From a virus (Duplodnaviria > Caudoviricetes), in the IMG/VR virus record IMGVR_UViG_3300002098_000009, positions 1-44,082 of that record: a stretch of 44,082 nt of DNA, one strand, 5' to 3'. Made by a program: the position numbers and the translations under genes. Within the stretch, counting starts at the first letter, position 1. Every line of letters begins with the position of its first letter. The notes below the pieces were generated by a model. The model had not been told where the DNA came from, searched no databases, and was given only the letters and a program-made list of their open reading frames with translations. Of this stretch, positions 36,361 to 42,916 are shown piece after piece.

Positions 36361-36894
36361 GCCGGATGCGAATCACAAAATCGTGATCGGGAAGGGCCGC
36401 GGCTTGGCGCGGGGATTGCAATGCGGGGGTGCAAGGTCTGTGCCAAGGGATAGTATGCAAAGCTCATGTCAAGGGACAGCCTAGGACAGGCTAGGACAGC
36501 CTTCCCCAACTTACCAAGACATATCCCTCTCCCAAACCTGCTGATTACCTTCGGATAACCCTCGGAAACTCCTCCGGTCCCCTTCTAGAAACCCTCCCAT
36601 AGCCGGTCAAACCGATTTCCGGCACCCCCTGCCATCCCTAGGGGTAACGCGCTAGGGGCGGGTATCCCCCTCCCACTATCTAAATCTCTCATATTATTAT
36701 TACGACTTAGTAGAGTAGGTGGGGATAGGGGAGGATAAGGGGTCTAGGGTGAGGGGTCTAGGGTTTCTACTTGACCGGCTATCAGGGGGGTTCTAGAGGG
36801 TTTCTAGAGGGGGTCTGGAGGGTGACTGGAGGGTAGGGAGAGTCTCAACCAAGGTTTACCCTCGGATATGGTGAGAAATTACTGAAAATTGTGG

Positions 36895-36923
36895 TTGATT
36901 TTAAATCAGGTATGGGTTATACT
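36895..36923 (+). promoter_or_regulatory. rightward sigma70 early promoter
   Basis: TTGATT-N17-TATACT; the -35 overlaps the palindrome TGATT-TTA-AATCA. Confidence 0.65.
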
Positions 36924-37145
36924 TAGGACATGATCGAGATTGGGTTCAGCGGATTACGGTGCCCTTGGATAGGTTGAATACCCTATGCGACAAATCGACG
37001 CGGCGGATCAAATCTTTGTGATCGGAAAATTGATTTGTTCTCGATCCGGTCCGGTTTTGTTCACGGCGACCCGCCACAATTCCGCCGCAATTGGGGCGGA
37101 TGATGGGGACCGTCGGCGATGCGACAGGTTCAGGAGATCAAGCCA

Positions 37146-37319
37146 ATGTCCTTAGACCAAGCCATTGAAGCCTTTGATGATGCCAGTTCTTTCGGTGCAG
37201 CGATTGCGCTATACCGTGCAGCAAGCCAAGCCTATAAGAACAGGGAAATCACCGAAGAAGAATTTCAGGCAATAACCAATCGCTGTGCGGTTTACCTTGG
37301 AGGCGATCATGCTTCGTAA
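37146..37319 (+). CDS. early hypothetical protein (57 aa, start ATG 37146)
   Basis: AGGAGATCAAGCCA-ATG leader. Confidence 0.65.
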   Translation: MSLDQAIEAFDDASSFGAAIALYRAASQAYKNREITEEEFQAITNRCAVYLGGDHAS

Positions 37320-37524
37320 GTTCGGCGGGATATACTTCCTATCCATCGGACCTTTCCGCTTCTCATTCTGCAAGGTGAAATCATGCTCGATCAAGTCTCA
37401 ACCCAAGCAATCATCAATTGCATCGAATGGAACAGGGAGAAACTTGAAAGTCTCCAAAGCCTTAAGCCCAGCCTGTTCTACAACACAAGAGATATCTCAA
37501 GGGACATTGCCCGGTATACATTGA
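37309..37524 (+). CDS. small early protein (MLRKFGGIYFLSIGPFRFSFC...)
   Basis: GGAGG RBS; the C-terminus runs into the next gene in another frame. Confidence 0.5.
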   Translation: MLRKFGGIYFLSIGPFRFSFCKVKSCSIKSQPKQSSIASNGTGRNLKVSKALSPACSTTQEISQGTLPGIH

Positions 37525-37565
37525 ATATCTCTCGTCTCGAAACTTACTTGGAGCAGCGCCTATGA
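37383..37565 (+). CDS. early hypothetical protein (60 aa)
   Basis: AAGGTG RBS; ATGA coupling downstream. Confidence 0.55.
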   Translation: MLDQVSTQAIINCIEWNREKLESLQSLKPSLFYNTRDISRDIARYTLNISRLETYLEQRL

Positions 37566-37711
37566 GTATCCAACGCCAATTCAATCGCCACGGTGAAAAC
37601 CGTACCCCGCCAAAGGCTCCAGCCAAAGGCACGCCAGATAAATCCCTGATCGAATATTCCTACTCCGACGGAACCAAGCGAGTCTTACACTTCCGCAAGG
37701 GATGGCGCTAG
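37562..37711 (+). CDS. 49-aa early protein ending RVLHFRKGWR (absent from the ORF track)
   Basis: GGAG RBS; ATGA coupling; MSIQRQFNRHGENRTPPKAPAKGTPDKSLIEYSYSDGTKRVLHFRKGWR*. Confidence 0.6.
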   Translation: MSIQRQFNRHGENRTPPKAPAKGTPDKSLIEYSYSDGTKRVLHFRKGWR

Positions 37712-37765
37712 GGATTTCCAGCCTGAGCCAATGGGTGCGATACATTGGCTCACACAGGCAATCCC
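37711..37765 (+). promoter_or_regulatory. long interrupted hairpin, RNase III-site-like
   Basis: GGGATT...TGAGCCAATG-GGTGCGATA-CATTGGCTCA...AATCCC. Confidence 0.55.
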
Positions 37766-37879
37766 GCCTGAATAGGTAACATAGATCGGCGATGGATAGA
37801 AGCCTAGCTTCTGGAACCCTAGCAAACGACCGATGGTTTACCAAACTCCGGGCAATCCTGCCCAACTAGAGGAAAGCAA

Positions 37880-38497
37880 ATGGCTGTCCTGAAAATCCCG
37901 GTTACGAAAGCTGGTAACCAGATACTTGAAGTGGACTCGGACTCCATCCCCGATACCATGTTCAAGCTGGCCCTTGCCGAAGGTCTTAAGGTCCTGCTCA
38001 ACAAGGGCATGTCCAAGATCGCTACCAAGGGCCTCGAAGGCGATGAATTGGACAAGGCTAAGGCCGCTGCCATGGAAATCGCTGCTAAGAACCTTGACAA
38101 GCTCAACAAGGGCGAAATCAAGGTTGGTCGTACCGCTGGCGCTACCAAGATTGCTGGCGTGGTTATGACCGAAGCCCGCCGACTGGCGAAGGAAGTGGTT
38201 AAGGATGAGCTTAAGGCCGCTGGATATAAGATTTCCCACGTTGAGGCGTCGGAGATCACCAAGGCTGCCAATGCTCTGATCGAGGCTGATCCTTCGTTTA
38301 TCGAAACTGCCAAGGCCAATATCGAAAGCCGTGCTAAGAAGCCCGCGGCTATCAATATCGCCGCACTTGTCCATGAGTCTCCCAAGCTCGTTGCCAAGGC
38401 TGCCGCTGCCAAGGCGGAAAAGAAGTCTACTCTGTCGGCCAAGCAGGCTGGCAAGGTTGCGCCTCGCAAGGGTCAGTCGGCCGCTCCGGCTCACTAA
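37880..38497 (+). CDS. Lys/Ala-rich, histone-H1-like DNA-binding protein (205 aa)
   Basis: Very K/A-rich tail (AKAAAAKAEKK...AKQAGKVAPRK); strong codon bias; GAGGA RBS. Confidence 0.75.
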   Translation: MAVLKIPVTKAGNQILEVDSDSIPDTMFKLALAEGLKVLLNKGMSKIATKGLEGDELDKAKAAAMEIAAKNLDKLNKGEIKVGRTAGATKIAGVVMTEARRLAKEVVKDELKAAGYKISHVEASEITKAANALIEADPSFIETAKANIESRAKKPAAINIAALVHESPKLVAKAAAAKAEKKSTLSAKQAGKVAPRKGQSAAPAH

Positions 38498-38514
38498 CCC
38501 TGATTACCTTACGG

Positions 38515-38685
38515 CAGATTTGGTAGCAATGAACAGGCACTGGTACGAAGAAGCCTAGGCTGATCTACTATACCAAGTTCAGGATACACAAATCTCCAAC
38601 TAGGCCAGCAATGAACAGCCACTCGCAGAAGCAAGTTCAGGATCGCCTAGACACAAGCCAACTAGTAGGGGATACGTCCCCTACT
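38515..38685 (+). ncRNA. candidate structured RNA with two tandem homologous stem-loops plus a UACG hairpin
   Basis: Two copies of AGCAATGAACAG...CAAGTTCAGGAT closed by different stems; GTAGGGGA-TACG-TCCCCTAC. Confidence 0.45.
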
Positions 38686-38742
38686 TCTCCAAGACAGGCG
38701 TAGCGCCAATCCCGGCCAAGACGCTAGTAAGGAAACCAAGCC

Positions 38743-39273
38743 ATGTCTAACATTGCAGTTGACTCGGTTCTGTCGGCCTTTGCGGAAGCCTATGAGAGCC
38801 ATAAGCGAGTCCCTGAATTGGAATCTCGGATTATTTCCCTTGAAGCCACCCATGCCGAAGATCAGCAGGTCATCACTGATCGGACTAATACCATTGACAA
38901 GCTCGAAACTGAAATCATCGGCTACCTTGATCAAATCAAGAAGCTGGAGGCTGACTTGGCGTCGGCCACCTTTCGTGCAGAGAAGGCTGAGGGGACTGTG
39001 GAGGCAATTCGCAAGTTCTTTCCTGAACCTGAGCCGAAGCCTGTGGAAGTGGTTCAGGCTGAACCTGTGGAGGGACCATCCGAAGTCGTGGCTTCCGTAG
39101 AGACTGTCCCTGCGAATGAATATTGGAACGCTGAATTGGAACCTGTGCCCGAACCCAAGCGTTTCTCCGGCTATTCATGGTGGTCCAAGCCTGATCATAT
39201 CTCGTGGGAAACATTTGTTGCCGAAGGTGGAGAGGCTGAACCCAACCGATATGGATCGGCCTCCGGTTTCTAA
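38743..39273 (+). CDS. acidic coiled-coil early protein (176 aa)
   Basis: TAAGGA RBS; heptad repeats, Pro/Glu linker, Trp-rich C-terminal motif. Confidence 0.75.
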   Translation: MSNIAVDSVLSAFAEAYESHKRVPELESRIISLEATHAEDQQVITDRTNTIDKLETEIIGYLDQIKKLEADLASATFRAEKAEGTVEAIRKFFPEPEPKPVEVVQAEPVEGPSEVVASVETVPANEYWNAELEPVPEPKRFSGYSWWSKPDHISWETFVAEGGEAEPNRYGSASGF

Positions 39274-39325
39274 GACTTTTAACAGCCGGCTAGGGAGTGC
39301 GACCCTAGCCGGTCATTAAAAGCCT
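39273..39325 (+). promoter_or_regulatory. long interrupted hairpin, RNase III-site-like
   Basis: AGACTTTTAA-CAG-CCGGCTAGGG-AGTGCGA-CCCTAGCCGG-TCA-TTAAAAGCCT. Confidence 0.6.
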
Positions 39326-39339
39326 AGGGAGACAAGCCA

Positions 39340-39555
39340 ATGCGTAATGTCGAAGCTATACGAAACCTCGGAGAACTTTATTCCAAGGAAACTCTTATAT
39401 CAACGGCCGTGGTTATTATTGGTGTGTTAACAGGTCTACCTCCGTCCGATATTACCTCGGATATTGCAATGGAAATCTACACCAAATTGCTTGATGAAAA
39501 AGGCTTGCAAATACAATCCATGATTGACGAAGCCATGAAGGAGTCAACCCCATGA
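39340..39555 (+). CDS. early hypothetical protein (71 aa)
   Basis: GGGAGACAAGCCA-ATG leader. Confidence 0.7.
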   Translation: MRNVEAIRNLGELYSKETLISTAVVIIGVLTGLPPSDITSDIAMEIYTKLLDEKGLQIQSMIDEAMKESTP

Positions 39556-39821
39556 CCGCCAGCCGCGCCCAAACATTTGCCCCGCCTAATGCCCTCCGCC
39601 TCTGGACTGATGGCAAATCTATCTATGTCGAACTTTCCGGAAACCCTGTCCATATCATATCCTATCGCCTGACTGAGCAGGGTCTGTCCAAAGCCCTTGA
39701 GCTAATCAAGATCAAATCCGAATTTGCGGGCGAACCACAAAACGAACGGACTTTCAAATTCAAATCTGCATCTGCCGTATTGGCCGAACGCATCTTACGT
39801 GCCCAAGGCATAATCAAATGA
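39552..39821 (+). CDS. early hypothetical protein (89 aa)
   Basis: AAGGAG RBS; ATGA coupling at both ends. Confidence 0.7.
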   Translation: MTASRAQTFAPPNALRLWTDGKSIYVELSGNPVHIISYRLTEQGLSKALELIKIKSEFAGEPQNERTFKFKSASAVLAERILRAQGIIK

Positions 39822-40084
39822 AATACCCGTTGCATACTCTAATCCGGCCCGGCCAATGGCTGTTGATCCCTTGGCCGGGCACAACAGTTCCTGATAGCCT
39901 TAGATCAACTATAGCCAAATCAGGCAAGCGCCATGGGCGACGTTACGCAACCCGTAAAACTGCCGAAGGTTTACATGTAACCTACCTTGGTTCCCGCCAA
40001 CCTGCTGAGGTTTCCAAATGCGCCGACGAAAATACCCCAGCCAACCTGCTGAACCGCGCAAAGATTGGCGCGATCCAAACATGA
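39818..40084 (+). CDS. small basic putative DNA-binding protein
   Basis: KYPLHTL..GQWLLIP...LRSTIAK..KRHGRRYATRKTAEGLHVT pattern. Confidence 0.6.
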   Translation: MKYPLHTLIRPGQWLLIPWPGTTVPDSLRSTIAKSGKRHGRRYATRKTAEGLHVTYLGSRQPAEVSKCADENTPANLLNRAKIGAIQT

Positions 40085-40248
40085 CGGTATCAAGAGATTA
40101 CATTATCCAAGGTTCTCTGTTTAAAGAAGTATCCCCTGAATTTGAACAAAATTTTAGAGCGCGTTCCCTATCCATGAATTCTAAACCGACGTGGCGCGAT
40201 GACCCAACTTACAACCTTGGAAAACCTGCTCGCAGAAATCGACGCTGA
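40018..40248 (+). CDS. early hypothetical protein (76 aa)
   Basis: GAGG RBS; DWRDPNM and WRDDPTYNL internal repeat. Confidence 0.6.
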   Translation: MRRRKYPSQPAEPRKDWRDPNMTVSRDYIIQGSLFKEVSPEFEQNFRARSLSMNSKPTWRDDPTYNLGKPARRNRR

Positions 40249-40540
40249 GGGTTTTCACATCGACATGATCCACCAAAACAACGCCGGATATTGGCAAGGC
40301 TCTCTACGCCCTAAAGACGAAGCCTGTGCAACATATCCAGTCTATGGTGACAGCCTTTACTCCGCCTTAGCCCATGCGTTTGAACTAATCCGCAATGGCG
40401 TTGGTCGTCGAGTGACTTCTCATGTTAACATCTATACCGGCCCGTTTAAAGTTGATCCCGATGCAAAACTATCAAAGTCAGTTACCGAAGCCTTAGCCAA
40501 CCTGCTGCCAAAATCTGAGCCGATAAAACGTAGGATATGA
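40199..40540 (+). CDS. hypothetical protein ending PIKRRI
   Basis: Globular N-terminus; C-terminal tag shared with 1233-1442. Confidence 0.65.
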   Translation: MTQLTTLENLLAEIDAEGFHIDMIHQNNAGYWQGSLRPKDEACATYPVYGDSLYSALAHAFELIRNGVGRRVTSHVNIYTGPFKVDPDAKLSKSVTEALANLLPKSEPIKRRI

Positions 40541-40586
40541 ACGCCGCCTATGTACATTGAGTATTAAAACCGGAAGGAAACAAGTG

Positions 40587-41207
40587 ATGGAAAATACACC
40601 AGTTACACAAATTACCGACGCCAACGGCAATTGTGCCTCGATTAGGCATTGGGGCAGCGAAGAAGCCGCGCGCGCATCGCTGAAAACGCTTAGAAATTGT
40701 AAAAATTGTTGGAACTGCCAGCGCTGCTCAGACTGCTCAGGCTGCGAGAACTGTGTGGATTGCTCAGACTGCTCAGACTGTATGAATTGCTTGGATTGCT
40801 TGAATTGCTCAGACTGCTTGGATTGCTCAAGCTGCATGGATTGCTGTGATTGCTTAGACCGTGAGAAGGGCAAGAAAAACAAAGTTGACGAAAGTTTACA
40901 ACCGGTTATCCCTGTCATCAGTGGGATTCATCAGGCGGTTTATGCCGCCGCTTCCGCCCCAGCCGCGCTCATTATGGAAAATTGGCACACCTGCGAAACG
41001 ACTCATTGCCGCGCTGGTTGGGTCATCACTCTCGCTGGCGAAGCCGGAAAGGCCCTTGAGGAATACTGGTCCACGGACCATGCTGCTTGGTTGATTTACA
41101 AAGCCAGTGACCCCGAGATTGCGCATCGCCCTGATTTTTTCTGCTCGAATGACGACGCGCTCGTTGATATGAAGCGACTTGCGGATGCTGAACGTGCAAA
41201 AACCTAA
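40587..41207 (+). CDS. Cys-rich (Cxx)n repeat protein with C-terminal WHTCETTHCRAGW domain
   Basis: About 21 tandem CxD/N-type triplets; AAGGA RBS suggests start at MENTP. Confidence 0.75.
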   Translation: MENTPVTQITDANGNCASIRHWGSEEAARASLKTLRNCKNCWNCQRCSDCSGCENCVDCSDCSDCMNCLDCLNCSDCLDCSSCMDCCDCLDREKGKKNKVDESLQPVIPVISGIHQAVYAAASAPAALIMENWHTCETTHCRAGWVITLAGEAGKALEEYWSTDHAAWLIYKASDPEIAHRPDFFCSNDDALVDMKRLADAERAKT

Positions 41208-41264
41208 GACCGCCACAAACGATTTACCACGCCGAAAATCCGCCCGAACTCAACAGGAGTAACC

Positions 41265-41576
41265 ATGAGCATTCAAACCCTTCTTAACGGTGAAAAAACC
41301 GTCGAAGCTGTCATCACTCATATCATCACCGGATATCAACATCTAATAGCTACCCCATCCGTTTTGCAACTTATCCACAACTACCCAAGCCTGCTTCATC
41401 TATCCGAGTCTATCGCCAGCTTTATCCCTGTCGTCAATGAAGGCATGGCAGTCGCTGACCTGCTAATCGAATATGGCCCATTGCTCTACAACGTCGGTCA
41501 CACCATCAATATCCATCCGCAGGAAGCTGGGAAATCCATTCACGATCGAGAACTAAACTCCGACATGCCGAACTAG
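41265..41576 (+). CDS. hypothetical protein (103 aa)
   Basis: AGGAG RBS. Confidence 0.65.
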   Translation: MSIQTLLNGEKTVEAVITHIITGYQHLIATPSVLQLIHNYPSLLHLSESIASFIPVVNEGMAVADLLIEYGPLLYNVGHTINIHPQEAGKSIHDRELNSDMPN

Positions 41577-41598
41577 AACCCAAAAGGAGTCCAAGACA

Positions 41599-42003
41599 AT
41601 GCACTGCTTAGAAGGCAAGACCATCACGCAAATTGAACTCGCCTCGGATAAAAAGGCGATACGTTTCACCGTGGATGCAGACGAGTGGATTATTGCGAAA
41701 GCTTTTGGCGATTGTTGCTCTGATACGTGGATCGAACATATAGAACTTCCTGCGGCGGGGCTGCCAGCGAAAGTGCTTTCGGTTGTCGACCTTGATTTGC
41801 TTGGATCGACTGACGACGATTGCCTTAAGGTTTACGGGTTCAAGATTGCGACAGACAAGGGCGATATCATCATTGACTACCGCAACGAATCGAATGGGTA
41901 CTGTGGAGGCGATTTGTACTGGCCCGGGGACTACCATTCCGGCGGTGTCTATGGCCAGAACAATTCGACCGAAGAATATGCGCCGCTGACCGGCGACGTC
42001 TGA
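41599..42003 (+). CDS. conserved phage protein with DCCS...SNGY(C)GG motif
   Basis: GDCCSDTW and YRNESNGYCGG; AAGGAG RBS. Confidence 0.7.
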   Translation: MHCLEGKTITQIELASDKKAIRFTVDADEWIIAKAFGDCCSDTWIEHIELPAAGLPAKVLSVVDLDLLGSTDDDCLKVYGFKIATDKGDIIIDYRNESNGYCGGDLYWPGDYHSGGVYGQNNSTEEYAPLTGDV

Positions 42004-42062
42004 CACAGAAAAGGCCGCCGATGGACTTGTCAGCCGACTTCACCAACAACTAGGAGACAATC

Positions 42063-42308
42063 ATGCGCCATTCAGTTGATGTAACCATCCTCGACGTTGA
42101 ATATGAAGTCATCGTTGATTACAATTATTCCAAAGCATACCCGCCAAGTGAAGATGAGCCGGGTGCCCCCGAACAAATTGAAATAACCGGCGTAAGAATA
42201 GTAAACCAAAGCATCAATCTTCCAATTCCAAACTGGCTTTACCTGTCAGTCGTAGACTTCATCGAACTTCACCACTACCAAAATCTTTGCGAGGAGGCCC
42301 GCGAATGA
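42063..42308 (+). CDS. hypothetical acidic protein (81 aa)
   Basis: AGGAG RBS; DEPGAPEQIEI motif. Confidence 0.7.
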   Translation: MRHSVDVTILDVEYEVIVDYNYSKAYPPSEDEPGAPEQIEITGVRIVNQSINLPIPNWLYLSVVDFIELHHYQNLCEEARE

Positions 42309-42619
42309 TAAACTTTCTTCGCCGAATCTTCGGCATAACCGAAATCAATCGGTTAACCGTGGAAATCAATCGCCTGATCGAAGAAAATATCAACCTGCAA
42401 GATCAACTTTCCACTGAGCAAAACATCAATGCAAAACTGGTAGAAATAATTCGCGATATGGATCAGCAAATCTGGACCTTGGGTCAACAACCTTCATGGG
42501 AACGGATGCAACCATTATTTGCAGATTTACTTGAAGACACAACTAAACGAATGAATGAAGAATCTTCGCGTATACGCGACATACTTATTCCAGAAATCCG
42601 AAAGGTCTTCCATGACTGA
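42305..42619 (+). CDS. coiled-coil hypothetical protein (start ATG 42305)
   Basis: GAGGAGG RBS; ATGA coupling. Confidence 0.7.
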   Translation: MINFLRRIFGITEINRLTVEINRLIEENINLQDQLSTEQNINAKLVEIIRDMDQQIWTLGQQPSWERMQPLFADLLEDTTKRMNEESSRIRDILIPEIRKVFHD

Positions 42620-42848
42620 CTCCAAATACTCCACCATCGGCGGCCAAGTCACGCGAGGCGAAGCCTACACCAAATTCATGTATCACCTTCGCGAAGCCCA
42701 AGATCAAGCCGCGGTTTTGGCCCATCTTCACAATACCGAAGATTCGCATATGGACAAGCTCATGGCCAAGGGTTGGCTGGGAATATCTGAGTTAATCAAA
42801 CGCATGATAGCGCAGGTGATCGACCTCGCGAAGAATAAATTTCAATAA
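42612..42848 (+). CDS. hypothetical protein (78 aa, start ATG 42612)
   Basis: AAGG RBS; helical. Confidence 0.7.
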   Translation: MTDSKYSTIGGQVTRGEAYTKFMYHLREAQDQAAVLAHLHNTEDSHMDKLMAKGWLGISELIKRMIAQVIDLAKNKFQ

Positions 42849-42863
42849 CGTTAAACTTTCTAC

Positions 42864-42892
42864 TTGCTTTTCCCGGTTATATCAGGTATAAT
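42864..42892 (+). promoter_or_regulatory. sigma70 promoter for the replication operon
   Basis: TTGCTT-N17-TATAAT, 24 nt upstream of the helicase ATG. Confidence 0.75.
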
Positions 42893-42916
42893 CAGGAATA
42901 ATCAGAGGATCAAGCC

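Larger units (their letters stand above)
36300..37095. other. non-coding divergent control region with nested inverted repeats (candidate origin or packaging/terminus region)
   Basis: C-rich left arm, G-rich right arm and AT-rich centre at about 36690; ATAGCCGGTCAA 36599-36610 vs TTGACCGGCTAT 36771-36782. Confidence 0.6.

Noticed and set aside
36287-36460. N-terminal extension of the 36032-36460 ORF
   Set aside because: GGAG RBS and a promoter point to ATG 36286; the extension covers regulatory DNA
37819-38494. Two long antisense ORFs (216 and 218 aa)
   Set aside because: Shadows of the strongly codon-biased K/A-rich + strand gene; no RBS and against operon direction
38515-38650. Mini-CRISPR array, tRNA or hammerhead ribozyme in the repeated spacer
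   Set aside because: Only two imperfect units, no regular repeat-spacer geometry, no cloverleaf and no CUGAUGA/GAAA core
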